Source of the DNA: Eledone cirrhosa
Taxonomy: Eukaryota
Direction: 5' to 3'
Assembly (NCBI GenBank): GCA_964016885.1
Contig: OZ024741.1
Span: 236,406,001 to 236,470,000, forward strand
DNA length: 64,000 bases
The notes below the pieces were generated by a model. The model had not been told where the DNA came from. It was given only the letters and a program-made list of their open reading frames with translations, and searched no databases. Below, piece after piece: positions 26,522 through 40,900 of the stretch; positions within the stretch are counted from its first letter, which is position 1; each line of letters begins with the position of its first letter. A program made the position numbers and the translations under genes.

Positions 26522-26980
26522 GCATGGGATTAACTGATCAGGGATGTCGGTTATGAAGCAGATAAAAGGAAGCACTCAACAACCTGTATAAATGATGCAA
26601 GCTGGAGCATTATATATATGGCCACAGACCTTTTATATATATATATATATATATTGTTATGAAAACTTTGTGGAAGATAAGTGTTTATATTTATGTCTCC
26701 AAACTTTTTCGGTTGTATATATATATATATATATATATATGAGATTTGTATATGTATATATGTATGAGATTTGTATATATATATATATATGTATGTGATT
26801 TGTATGTGATATAAACTGTGTTGAATGTGTTTGCATATAAAATTTGTATGTATACGCCATTGAAAGTATTTGCATATAAATTTGTATGTATAAGCCATTT
26901 TCGTTCTCAACTCCCACCTACACTACATTCGGTATACATGCCTGACGCTGTATGCTAACCACTCCTTCATGAATATATCA

Positions 26981-29900
26981 TAGAACAGACAAGGGCCGGA
27001 CAGAGGCTCCGTAAGCCGTAATGTAGGCAACCCGTCTATGAGAGCTACCACTCCGAATAAATTGGTGCAGGTTAGAGAAGTCCCCTAAGTCCAGTAAGAC
27101 AACTTCCCTAGTGCTGGTGGCATGAATAAAAGCACCCAGTCCATGCTGTAAAAATGGAGGGATGGATAGGGCCCCTGACTCCAGTAAGACGACCTCTCTA
27201 GTGCTGGTGGCACGAATAAAAGCACCCAGTCCATGCTGTAAAGTGGTGCTAGTGTTAGGAAGGGCATCCAACCAGTATATATACTACTGCCAAAAACTAT
27301 GAGCACAACAAATAAGAATTGCAACAACTTCATCAACAGCAATAACACTAACATGTTAGGGCTGTGCACGGTAGTGGGGTGGCTGGTGCGGCCATGTGCG
27401 AGAACCCCCCGACCGTCATCAAGCAATAGCATAACAGGAAAAAGAACAAGAATATGAAGACGTTGCATCTCAGAGTTGCAACACTTAAGGTTGGCACTGT
27501 AACAGGTAGATCTGGTGAGATAGTGGAGATGCAGGAGGGAAGGCATGTGGATGTGTGCTGTGTGCAAGAGGTGAGATGGAGAGGTGCCTCTGCAAGACTA
27601 ATCGCAGGCAAACATCTTAGTTATAAGCTTTTCTGGGTGGGTAATGATAATGGGTTATGTGGGGTGGGCATTTTCCTGGCTGAGAGATGGATTGATAAGA
27701 CAATAGAGGTATTAGAGTTAGTAATAGAATAATTAAGCTTAGATTAGTTGTAGGCAAGAGACTACTGACAATCATCTCTGCCTATGCTCCCCAGGCAGGC
27801 CTAGGTAAAGAAGAGAAAGACTGCTTTTATGAACAACTTTTACGAACAGCCTCAATGACAGAGGGCAGAGACATCGTTATGCTAGCAGGGGACTTCAATG
27901 GTCTTACTGGACAGCTCCAGGATGGATACACTGGAGTAAATAGTGGGCATGGTTACAGCTCAATAAATGAAGAAGGAGAGAGGCTTCTTGAATTTTGTGA
28001 TGCAAGTGCACTAACCATTTGCAACACTAACTTCCAGAAACCTGCCAACCACCTAATAACCTACAAATCAGGAGAGCACATACCCAGATTGACTTCTTGC
28101 TAGTTAGGCAGCGAGACAGACAGATGCTGTCAAATACCAAGGCATACCCCGGGGAAGAATGTACCCCACAGCATAGGTTAGTCATTAGCGATATTTCAGT
28201 AAGCAAGAGACAGAATGAGACATACAGGAAGTCTGGAAGCTAAAAGACCTTTCACTAAAATATAAATTCAGGAAAGCCCTTCAAGATGTGTATGACGAAA
28301 AAGAAGATGATTTAGAATCGTATGACATAGATGGAATATCTTATGTGACAACTTACTGCAGGCTACTGAAGAAACTTGTGGGTGGAGCAGAGCTCCAACT
28401 AGACAGAGAGTGACCTGGTGGTGGAACAACGCAGTAGATAGGGCCATTAGAGACAAAAGACTAGCATGGAACGCTTGGAAAAGTGGTGGGAGTAGAGAAG
28501 GATACACAGCCGCTAAAAGAGAAACTAGACGTCAGGTGTACTTAACACGCAGGGAGGCTGAGAGTAGGAGGTTTGCCAATGTTCTGTGATGGGAAGATCA
28601 GAGACGTGCGGTGTTCCGCATTGCAAGGGAGTGTGTCAGTGCAAATCAGGATGTTGTTGGAGATAAATGTGTCCGGGATGATGCCGGTGTACTTAGTGTC
28701 ACGAATGATCAGAAAAAGGAGGCTTGGAAATGTCATTATGAGAAACTGATGAATGTGGAGAACGAATGGGAGAGAGAGAAATTACCCCCAGTAGATCCGA
28801 CAGAGGGACCAGCTATTGAGATTGACCAGCAAGAGGCGATTAAGGAAATGAAAAATGGAAAGGCTGCTGGACCGTCGGGGATAGTTGCTGAGATGCTGAA
28901 GGCATCAGGGGACGTAGGCACTAAACTGGTTGCACGCATCATCAATCAAGCTATATATGGCGGTGTCATACCCAAAGACTGATGCAGTAGTATTCTCATA
29001 AATTGCTACAAAGATAAAGAGGATGCTCTGGAGAGGAGCAATTAAAACTGATAGATCAGGTTATGAAAGTGGCAGAAAGGATATTAGCGCAACTAATTAG
29101 AGAAAGGGTCAAACTAGATGAGATGCAGTTTGGTTTTGTGCCTGGGAAAAGTACAACAGGTGCTCTCTTCTTAGTGAGACAACTACAAGAGAGGTTCTTA
29201 GAGAAGAATAAGCCACTATACTTAGCTTTTGTTGACCTAGAGAAGGCCTTTGATAGGGTACCGCGATCTGTCATCTGGTGGTCCCTAAGGAAACTAGGTG
29301 TTGAGGAATGGCTTGTGAGGACAGTGCAAACTTTGTACAGAGGTGCTGTCAGTAAAGTGAGGGTAGGAATGGAGTTTAGTGAGGAATTCCAGATACAAGT
29401 AGGAGTACATCAGGGTTCAGTCCTCAGCCCGCTTTTGTTCATTATAGTCCTCCAAGCCATAACAGAGGAGTTTAAGACTGGCTGCCCATGGGAACTTCTC
29501 TATGCTGACAATCTGGTTCTTATAGCAGAACCAGCAGTGGAGCTAGAGAATAAATTCTGGCTATGGAAACAGCAGTTGGAATTAAGAGGAGGGAAAGTGA
29601 ACCTAACTAAGACAAAAGTGTTGATGAGTAGAAAAGAGGACAAAACTCTGATTCTGTCAGGGAATGGCCATGTTCGATATGCAGAAATGGAACTGACATA
29701 AATTCTATAAAATATACACAATGCAGATCTTGGGTACACAAGAGATGTAGTGGGATAGCAGGCAAACTAACAGGTAGGGAAAAATATGTATGCAGTAGAT
29801 GTACAGGGAAATTTGACAGTAGAAGTTGGATTGATAGACACATTTTTCAAATGCAGGTAGCTTCTATAGAAGTGGTTGATAGCTTCCGGTACCTAGGTGA

Positions 29901-30496
29901 TCAGATTAGCATGGGAAAGGGGTGGTGTTCTGAGGCCATAGTATCTAGAATAAGGATGGGTTGGAAGAAGTTTAGGGAGCTGCTTCCGCTGCTGATGAAG
30001 AAGGGTTTCTCCCTGCATACGAAAGGCCAGTTATATGATGCCTGTGTGAGGTGCCCGATGCTGCATGGTAGTCAGACATGGGCAGCAACTGCAGAGGGTA
30101 TGCGACGGCTGGAGAGAAATGAAATAAGCATGCTCTGTTGGATGTGCAATGTCAATGTACATTAATGACCCAGCATGGATGTGTTGAGAAAGAAACTGTG
30201 TTTAAGAGGGATAAGTTGTAGTGTGCGGGAGAGAAGACTGCAATGGTATGGACATGTGATGCACATGGAGGATGACCAATGGGTAAAGAAGTGCTAAGAA
30301 TTGCCAGTTGAAGGAAGACGCAGTAGAGGAAGACCACGAAAACATGGGCGGAGGTGGTGAGAGCAGACCTCACATCACTGAAGCTCACGGTGGAGATGAT
30401 GAAGGACCGTGACAAGTGGAGAGATGCTGTGCTGAACAGGACCCGTCCCACTCTTGCAAGCAGGGAAAAGCAGACGTAAAATGATAATGATGATGA
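26981..30496 (+). mobile_element. Near full-length, decayed RTE-clade (BovB-like) LINE
   Basis: APE domain (VDVCCVQEVRW, SAYAPQ, AGDFNG), RT domain (QFGFVPGKSTT, FVDLEKAFDRVPR, GVHQGSVLSPLLF, YADNL), Cys/His cluster, FRYLG, and (GAT)n tail. Multiple stops and frameshifts. 90-bp tandem duplication in the 5' region (27091/27181). The 5' boundary is approximate. Confidence 0.93.
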
Positions 30497-31764
30497 TATA
30501 TATATATTGTTATACTTTGGGAAAGTCAGGCTACAAATAAACACACACATGTTGAGTTTCAGTTTGGTTATATTATTAGTTTAGTAATTCATCAATTCAA
30601 CAGTTGGTTTAGCAACCAATATATATATATACATATATATACATATGATGGGGGTGTATATGAAACATACACAATAGGTTTATGTGCATTAAAAACATTA
30701 GTGCCTCACTATGAAAGAAAACTATTTTTTGTTTATGGAATTATGGTAAAATGTTTTTTTCTTTTGTTATGTGAACATGTCACAAATGCCTCAGCAGCCT
30801 TTGAGAATGCCAGACACTTGTTTCAAGATTCGTTAATCTCTCGTTAGTGACATTCAATCAACCTGTATTGAGATGAAAATAGGCTATAGCCAATATACAT
30901 TTTGAATATTGAATATTTATTTGCTAGAGATGCCCATTTACATATAGTAAATAAAAAATATCAACTGGAAATGCTTATTTGCATATAGTATGAACTCAAC
31001 AGGATATAATTAATTGGCAATACCTGGTGCCATACTAAAACACACCCAATGAATTCTTTAAAGTGGTGGTGCTGCTACTTGGATAAAAGCACTCAATACA
31101 TGTTGTAAAGTGGTTGGCATGAGGAAGGACATTGAGTTGTTGAAACCAAAACAAAACAGAACATATAACCAAAACATGGTCTCCTGAGCAGTCTAGTCTC
31201 AAAATGTGACAACCCATCTAACCCATGCAAGCATGGGAAATATGTTAAATAGTGATGATGATGATTATATATATTAGATAATAATAGCTTTGGCTTTATT
31301 ATACAGAAGCTATGTAATATGACAACTGCAGCTTGATAACGTCTGTCTTCCCCCATTAGGTGGCTATTGTGGTCTGGTTGTATAAGCCAAGTTAGGTGGT
31401 CCACGTTTAATTTGCCAAATTTGGAGCGTGATTATGGTTTATTTGGCAGGATTCATAGGTACAGGTTGGTGTTTGGTTTAGGATATTTGCTATGGGTTAG
31501 TAGATTGATTGGAGAAATAACGGTCTTACTTACATATATATATGTAACTATATGTGTGTGTGTCCATGTACATCTATATAATCTATATATGTATATATAT
31601 ATATGTGTATATATATGTATGTATATGTATGTATAGATGTATATATATATTGTTATATATATATATATATTATATATGTGTGTGTATATATATATATATA
31701 TATATGTTACACCTCTATTCTTTTAAATAAATATATATATATATATAACAATATATATATATAC

Positions 31765-31802
<38 letters not shown>

Positions 31803-31825
31803 TTAATATAGATGAGATTCTACAG

Positions 31826-31856
31826 GACTAGAACTGTTTCATTCTTTAGAAATCAT

Positions 31857-31859
<3 letters not shown>
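31826..31859 (-). ncRNA. Minimal hammerhead-like core in a 60-bp island inside (TA)n
   Basis: Minus strand: CTGATGA TTTC TAAA GAAT GAAAC AGTTCTA GTC. The 5' arm of stem I is absent (replaced by TA repeat). Confidence 0.5.
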
Positions 31860-31941
<82 letters not shown>

Positions 31942-32259
31942 ATGAGTGATAAGTTTCAGAAAGGTGGTAAAAAATATATAAAGGGCAAAGGATGACAAAT
32001 AAATCCCAAAACATAATGTTTTACCCAGTATGTATATTTTCTTTTGGTTGGGGGTTTGAAAGGTTTTCGTTTCACATTTGGAAAGAAAGAGAGTATTAGC
32101 CCTGAAATATGTTGAAATATACTGGGTAAAACATGACTTTGTTTTATTTTATTTGTCATTATTTGCCCTTTATATATTTCTACTGCATTGTACTGGCTTT
32201 CTGAAACTTATCAGTCATTCATTACATATCTCACAATGCTTCATATTAACTGTACTATT

Positions 32260-32344
<85 letters not shown>

Positions 32345-32719
32345 CACATAGATAAAAAACATCACACCGATATTGTGGTGCTAGTTGCCACCACCAGACC
32401 AAGTGTGTGTGGGAGACCCAGCCAGCCAGCCAGCCAGCCAACAGCAGTAGATGTAAGTTGGTAACAGATCATCATCACTATCATCATCATTATATAATCT
32501 ACTGCTCTGCTTATGTTAACAGTAATGGCCGCCACCTGCTCCGGATACATCCCTGCTTCTAACTGGTGCAGTGGCATGCATTTTATACAAATTACTCCTC
32601 TCTCTCTCTCCCCTCCCCACAGACACACAGGTTAAGGTGTTGCTGGATTCTGCATACATTTTTTCCTCCTGTTCTTTTTTTCCACTGACACCAAAAATTT
32701 CTACTGAATCTTTCTGATT

Positions 32720-32970
32720 CGTCAGTCAGTCTGTCTTGGTCTGTCCGTCTGTCAGTCTGTCTTGGTCTGTCCGTCTGTCAGTCAGTCAGTCTGTCTTGGT
32801 CTGTCCGTCTGTCAGTCAGTCAGTCTGTCTTGGTCTGTCCGTCTGTCAGTCAGTCAGTCTGTCTTGGTCTGTCTGTCTGTCAGTCAGTCAGTCTGTGTTG
32901 GTCTGTCCGTCTGTCAGTCAGTCAGTCTGTCTGTCAGTCTGTCTTGGTTTGGGTCTGTTTGTCTGTTTCT
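32720..32970. repeat. (CAGT/CTGT)n-based minisatellite
   Basis: Repeats of ctgtcttggtctgtccgtctgtcagtcagtcagt. Confidence 0.9.
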
Positions 32971-34171
32971 CTGCATGTCTCTTCTACCCTTTAATTCTCT
33001 CTCTCTCTCTCTCTCTTTATATATATATATATAGTCTTGTGCTACCTGTTCAAGGGACATGGTTAGACCACTTAGTATAAAGTACTCAAAGTGTTAATAC
33101 TGATTTCTAATTTAGGCACAAGACCAGCAATTCAGAGCCAATATTTGACTGGTACTTTATTTTATTGACCCTAGAATGATGAAAGACAAAGATGACCTTG
33201 GTGAGATTTGAATTCAAAATGTAAAGAACCAGAACAAGTACTGTAAATAGCATTTTATCCAACAACTCTCCACCCTTCAAAGGGTTAATACTGAGTGAGA
33301 ACATTTTTTTATTAAAGCAGTGAGTCCAGCAAATGATATTTTGTTGAATACACTAGTTAAATAAACACACAAATGCACACATTTATATATATATAACAAG
33401 CTGTCTTCCAATACACCAACAAAATATTCATTTATTTATTCAGGAGTGGTCAGTCTAAATGAACAGATGTAGGCTGGCCCTGAATCGAATATCTCCAATC
33501 TTATTTTTTTGTTTTTTGTCTCCATGTACCCAGCTTGTATTACCATGTTTCCTTTATGATTGTTATGCAATGCACCTGATGATGTCGCTGGAATTCTATT
33601 GGCCATTAAAATCTAAACTATAATAAAGTAAGGAATGCGGGACTGCGTACGGTTTATAATTTTTTATCCCGTTTGTAAAATAAGTTGGATTACTTTGAAT
33701 AAATAATGAAAGAATATTACATAATTTATCTACTAAATTTCGTTATTCTTGATTAAATATAAATAATTTTGTTGTTTATTTTAAGATTCACTTCTTTAAC
33801 ATTTTCAAATGTCAACACTTCCGGTTAGCGATCGCTTAAATAAACATTCATATATTCCCGTCACTAATTTTCTCCTAATGCAGTTTATATATAATATCGT
33901 CTTTTTTTAATGTATTATGGATTACGTCACTGATTACATAAGAGAGTGTAATGCAGTCTTCGTTCAATTTCTGTGTATATTGTCAATTACAATTTTATTT
34001 GATGTATCATATCTACATGCATGTATATTTGCGTATAATATCAATATGTACACTACACATGCTAGCAGAAAACCACTCGAAGGGTGGTTTTTCTGCTAGT
34101 GTATATAGTGTCTGCAGAAATAAATACTTTAAAGGAATCTCAACTTTCCGGGTTCTTGTCACTTTATTCAA

Positions 34172-34229
<58 letters not shown>

Positions 34230-34948
34230 CATACATACATATATATATGATGGTTGCCCCCTTGTTATCGAGTATGGCCATTGCACGATATACCATTATT
34301 AATAATTATTAATTTATTCTATCATGCAATGCCTGTGTGAAGATATTTTTTAAAGTGAAGTAAGAAAAAGCACTGAACCAATCCCACTCTCTGAGCGACA
34401 GTAGCTATAACCCGAAAAGAAGAAAAGATCAACATCATCGGTAACTACTGAGCTGCAGGTTTTATATCGGAGTTATCCCAGTTTCCTGAGTTGCCTTCTC
34501 CTAGAAGAATGCCCTGACAAAGGCTAGGGGTCCTTAACTCCCAGTGGTTTAACCGCGTGATCGGGCGTCCAGCCCAACTATTTCTATGTCCCCGCACATA
34601 TACATACACATGCACCCATGTATATACACATATACATATACATACATATGTACATGTGGTACACTTTCCTTGGACCTTAAAAGTGGGTACAAAGCCACCT
34701 TCAAGGCTGGTCATGTTGCCAGCATTACCAATAAAAAATACATACATCATATGATTTTCCTTTTATCTTTTACTAATTATTGGTTAGATTGTCAAAGTTC
34801 TTTCATCACACATTCTGTGACCTTCTCAATGACCATCTGTCTTCTTTTGTGCTTTCTCTTCCATCTGGTCTTAATCTCTTACTCCATCTTGTCTTTTTTT
34901 TTGTGGTGTTAGAATGGGTTGTTGACCTGAATGTCCTGCGAATTTTGA

Positions 34949-37900
34949 TGAATCTGTTGGCCAGTCTGACCAATGTCTATGGCTTCGCATAGTGTGCTCC
35001 AGAGCCCATAGACAAGGTGAATCTGTTGGCTAGTCTGACCAATGTCTATGGCTTCGCTTAGTGTGCTCCAGAGCCCATAGACAAGGTGAATCTGTTGGCC
35101 AGTCTGACCAATGTCTATGGCTTCGCATAGTGTGCTCCAGAGCCCATAGACAAGGTGAATCTGTTGGCCAGTCTGACCAATGTCTATGGCTTCGCATAGT
35201 GTGCTCCAGAGCCCATAGACAAGGTGAATCTGTTGGCCAGTCTGACCAATGTCTATGGCTTCGCATAGTGTGCTCCAGAGCCCATAGACAAGGTGAATCT
35301 GTTGGCTAGTCTGACCAATGTATATGGCTTCGCATAGTGTGCTCCAGAGCCCATAGACAAGGTGAATCTGTTGGCCAGTCTGACCAATGTATAAGGCTTC
35401 GCATAGTGTGCTCCAGAGCCCATAGACAAGGTGAATCTGTTGGCCAGTCTGACCAATGTCTATGGCTTCGCATAGTGTGCTCCAGAGCCCATAGACAAGG
35501 TGAATCTGTTGGCCAGTCTGACCAATGTCTATGGCTTCGCATAGTGTGGAGCCCATAGACAAGGTGAATCTGTTGGCCAGTCTGACCAATGTATATGGCT
35601 TCGCATAGTGTGGAGCCCATAGACAAGGTGAATCTGTTGGCCAGTCTGACCAATGTCTATGGCTTCGCATAGTGTGCTCCAGAGCCCATAGACAAGGTGA
35701 ATCTGTTGGCCAGTCTGACCAATGTCTATGGCTTCGCATAGTGTGATCCAGAGCCCATAGACAAGGTGAATCTGTTGGCTAGTCTGACCAATGTCTATGG
35801 CTTCGCATAGTGTGCTCCAGAGCCCATAGACAAGGTGAATCTGTTGGCCAGTCTGACCAATGTCTATGGCTTCGCATAGTGTGCTCCAGAGCCCATAGAC
35901 AAGGTGAATCTGTTGGCCAGTCTGACCAATGTCTATGGCTTCGCATAGTGTGCTCCAGAGCCCATAGACAAGGTGAATCTGTTGGCTAGTCTGACCAATG
36001 TCTATGGCTTCGCATAGTGTGCTCCAGAGCCCATAGACAAGGTGAATCTGTTGGCTAGTCTGACCAATGTATATGGCTTCGCATAGTGTGCTCCAGAGCC
36101 CATAGACAAGGTGAATCTGTTGGCCAGTCTGACCAATGTATATGGCTTCGCTTAGTGTGCTCCAGAGCCCATAGACAAGGTGAATCTGTTGGCCAGTCTG
36201 ACCAATGTCTATGGCTTCGCATAGTGTGCTCCAGAGCCCATAGACAAGGTGAATCTGTTGGCCAGTCTGACCAATGTCTATGGCTTCGCATAGTGTGCTC
36301 CAGAGCCCATAGACAAGGTGAATCTGTTGGCCAGTCTGACCAATGTCTATGGCTTCGCATAGTGTGCTCCAGAGCCCATAGACAAGGTGAATCTGTTGGC
36401 CAGTCTGACCAATGTCTATGGCTTCGCATAGTGTGCTCCAGAGCCCATAGACAAGGTGAATCTGTTGGCCAGTCTGACCAATGTCTATGGCTTCGCATAG
36501 TGTGCTCCAGAGCCCATAGACAAGGTGAATCTGTTGGCCAGTCTGACCAATGTCTATGGCTTCGCATAGTGTGCTCCAGAGCCCATAGACAAGGTGAATC
36601 TGTTGGCCAGTCTGACCAATGTCTATGGCTTTGCATAGTGTGCTCCAGAGCCCATAGACAAGGTGAATCTGTTGGCTAGTCTGACCAATGTCTATGGCTT
36701 CGCATAGTGTGCTCCAGAGCCCATAGACAAGGTGAATCTGTTGGCCAGTCTGACCAATGTATATGGCTTCGCATAGTGTGATCCAGAGCCCATAGACAAG
36801 GTGAATCTGTTGGCCAGTCTGACCAATGTCTATGGCTTCGCATAGTGTGGAGCCCATAGACAAGGTAAATCTGTTGGCCAGTCTGACCAATGTCTATGGC
36901 TTCGCATAGTGTGGAGCCCATAGACAAGGTGAATCTGTTGGCCAGTCTGACCAATGTCTATGGCTTCGCATAGTGTGCTCCAGAGCCCATAGACAAGGTG
37001 AATCTGTTGGCCAGTCTGACCAATGTCTATGGCTTCGCATAGTGTGCTCCAGAGCCCATAGACAAGGTGAATCTGTTGGCTAGTCTGACCAATGTCTATG
37101 GCTTCGCTTAGTGTGCTCCAGAGCCCATAGACAAGGTGAATCTGTTGGCCAGTCTGACCAATGTCTATGGCTTCGCATAGTGTGCTCCAGAGCCCATAGA
37201 CAAGGTGAATCTGTTGGCCAGTCTGACCAATGTCTATGGCTTCGCATAGTGTGGAGCCCATAGACAAGGTGAATCTGTTGGCCAGTCTGACCAATGTATA
37301 TGGCTTCGCTTAGTGTGCTCCAGAGCCCATAGACAAGGTGAATCTGTTGGCCAGTCTGACCAATGTCTATGGCTTCGCATAGTGTGCACCAGAGCCCATA
37401 GACAAGGTGAATCTGTTGGCCAGTCTGACCAATGTCTATGGCTTCGCATAGTGTGCTCCAGAGCCCATAGACAAGGTGAATCTGTTGGCCAGTCTGACCA
37501 ATGTCTATGGCTTCGCATAGTGTGCTCCAGAGCCCATAGACAAGGTGAATCTGTTGGCCAGTCTGACCAATGTCTATGGCTTCGCATAGTGTGCTCCAGA
37601 GCCCATAGACAAGGTGAATCTGTTGGCCAGTCTGACCAATGTCTATGGCTTCGCATAGTGTGCTCCAGAGCCCATAGACAAGGTGAATCTGTTGGCTAGT
37701 CTGACCAATGTCTATGGCTTCGCATAGTGTGCTCCAGAGCCCATAGACAAGGTGAATCTGTTGGCCAGTCTGACCAATGTCTATGGCTTCGCATAGTGTG
37801 CTCCAGAGCCCATAGACAAGGTGAATCTGTTGGCTAGTCTGACCAATGTCTATGGCTTCGCATAGTGTGCTCCAGAGCCCATAGACAAGGTGAATCTGTT

Positions 37901-40900
37901 GGCCAGTCTGACCAATGTCTATGGCTTCGCATAGTGTGCTCCAGAGCCCATAGACAAGGTGAATCTGTTGGCCAGTCTGACCAATGTCTATGGCTTCGCA
38001 TAGTGTGCTCCAGAGCCCATAGACAAGGTGAATCTGTTGGCTAGTCTGACCAATGTCTATGGCTTCGCTTAGTGTGCTCCAGAGCCCATAGACAAGGTGA
38101 ATCTGTTGGCCAGTCTGACCAATGTCTATGGCTTCGCATAGTGTGCTCCAGAGCCCATAGACAAGGTGAATCTGTTGGCCAGTCTGACCAATGTCTATGG
38201 CTTCGCATAGTGTGGAGCCCATAGACAAGGTGAATCTGTTGGCCAGTCTGACCAATGTATATGGCTTCGCATAGTGTGCTCCAGAGCCCATAGACAAGGT
38301 GAATCTGTTGGCTAGTCTGACCAATGTCTATGGCTTCGCTTAGTGTGCTCCAGAGCCCATAGACAAGGTGAATCTGTTGGCCAGTCTGACCAATGTCTAT
38401 GGCTTCGCATAGTGTGCTCCAGAGCCCATAGACAAGGTGAATCTGTTGGCTAGTCTGACCAATGTATATGGCTTCGCTTAGTGTGCTCCAGAGCCCATAG
38501 ACAAGGTGAATCTGTTGGCCAGTCTGACCAATGTCTATGGCTTCGCATAGTGTGCTCCAGAGCCCATAGACAAGGTGAATCTGTTGGCCAGTCTGACCAA
38601 TGTCTATGGCTTCGCATAGTGTGCTCCAGAGCCCATAGACAAGGTGAATCTGTTGGCCAGTCTGACCAATGTCTATGGCTTCGCATAGTGTGCTCCAGAG
38701 CCCATAGACAAGGTGAATCTGTTGGCCAGTCTGACCAATGTCTATGGCTTCGCATAGTGTGCTCCAGAGCCCATAGACAAGGTGAATCTGTTGGCCAGTC
38801 TGACCAATGTCTATGGCTTCGCATAGTGTGCTCCAGAGCCCATAGACAAGGTGAATCTGTTGGCCAGTCTGACCAATGTCTATGGCTTCGCATAGTGTGC
38901 TCCAGAGCCCATAGACAAGGTGAATCTGTTGGCCAGTCTGACCAATGTCTATGGCTTCGCATAGTGTGCTCCAGAGCCCATAGACAAGGTGAATCTGTTG
39001 GCCAGTCTGACCAATGTCTATGGCTTCGCATAGTGTGCTCCAGAGCCCATAGACAAGGTGAATCTGTTGGCTAGTCTGACCAATGTCTATGGCTTCGCTT
39101 AGTGTGCTCCAGAGCCCATAGACAAGGTGAATCTGTTGGCCAGTCTGACCAATGTCTATGGCTTCGCATAGTGTGCTCCAGAGCCCATAGACAAGGTGAA
39201 TCTGTTGGCCAGTCTGACCAATGTCTATGGCTTCGCATAGTGTGGAGCCCATAGACAAGGTGAATCTGTTGGCCAGTCTGACCAATGTATATGGCTTCGC
39301 TTAGTGTGCTCCAGAGCCCATAGACAAGGTGAATCTGTTGGCCAGTCTGACCAATGTATATGGCTTCGCATAGTGTGCTCCAGAGCCCATAGACAAGGTG
39401 AATCTGTTGGCTAGTCTGACCAATGTCTATGGCTTCGCTTAGTGTGCTCCAGAGCCCATAGACAAGGTGAATCTGTTGGCCAGTCTGACCAATGTCTATG
39501 GCTTCGCATAGTGTGCTCCAGAGCCCATAGACAAGGTGAATCTGTTGGCTAGTCTGACCAATGTATATGGCTTCGCATAGTGTGCTCCAGAGCCCATAGA
39601 CAAGGTGAATCTGTTGGCTAGTCTGACCAATGTCTATGGCTTCGCATAGTGTTCTCCAGAGCCCATAGACAAGGTGAATCTGTTGGCCAGTCTGACCAAT
39701 GTCTATGGCTTCGCATAGTGTGGAGCCCATAGACAAGGTGAATCTGTTGGCCAGTCTGACCAATGTCTATGGCTTCGCATAGTGTGCTCCAGAGCCCATA
39801 GACAAGGTGAATCTGTTGGCTAGTCTGACCAATGTATATGGCTTCGCATAGTGTGCTCCAGAGCCCATAGACAAGGTGAATCTGTTGGCCAGTCTGACCA
39901 ATGTCTATGGCTTCGCATAGTGTTCTCCAGAGCCCATAGACAAGGTGAATCTGTTGGCCAGTCTGACCAATGTCTATGGCTTCGCATAGTGTGCTCCAGA
40001 GCCCATAGACAAGGTGAATCTGTTGGCCAGTCTGACCAATGTCTATGGCTTCGCATAGTGTGCTCCAGAGCCCATAGACAAGGTGAATCTGTTGGCTAGT
40101 CTGACCAATGTCTATGGCTTCGCATAGTGTTCTCCAGAGCCCATAGACAAGGTGAATCTGTTGGCCAGTCTGACCAATGTCTATGGCTTCGCATAGTGTG
40201 CTCCAGAGCCCATAGACAAGGTGAATCTGTTGGCCAGTCTGACCAATGTCTATGGCTTCGCATAGTGTGCTCCAGAGCCCATAGACAAGGTGAATCTGTT
40301 GGCCAGTCTGACCAATGTATATGGCTTCGCATAGTGTGCTCCAGAGCCCATAGACAAGGTGAATCTGTTGGCCAGTCTGACCAATGTATATGGCTTCGCA
40401 TAGTGTGCTCCAGAGCCCATAGACAAGGTGAATCTGTTGGCCAGTCTGACCAATGTATATGGCTTCGCATAGTGTGGAGCCCATAGACAAGGTGAATCTG
40501 TTGGCCAGTCTGACCAATGTCTATGGCTTCGCATAGTGTGCTCCAGAGCCCATAGACAAGGTGAATCTGTTGGCCAGTCTGACCAATGTCTATGGCTTCG
40601 CATAGTGTGGAGCCCATAGACAAGGTGAATCTGTTGGCCAGTCTGACCAATGTATATGGCTTCGCTTAGTGTGCTCCAGAGCCCATAGACAAGGTGAATC
40701 TGTTGGCCAGTCTGACCAATGTCTATGGCTTCGCATAGTGTGCACCAGAGCCCATAGACAAGGTGAATCTGTTGGCCAGTCTGACCAATGTCTATGGCTT
40801 CGCATAGTGTGCTCCAGAGCCCATAGACAAGGTGAATCTGTTGGCCAGTCTGACCAATGTCTATGGCTTCGCATAGTGTGCTCCAGAGCCCATAGACAAG

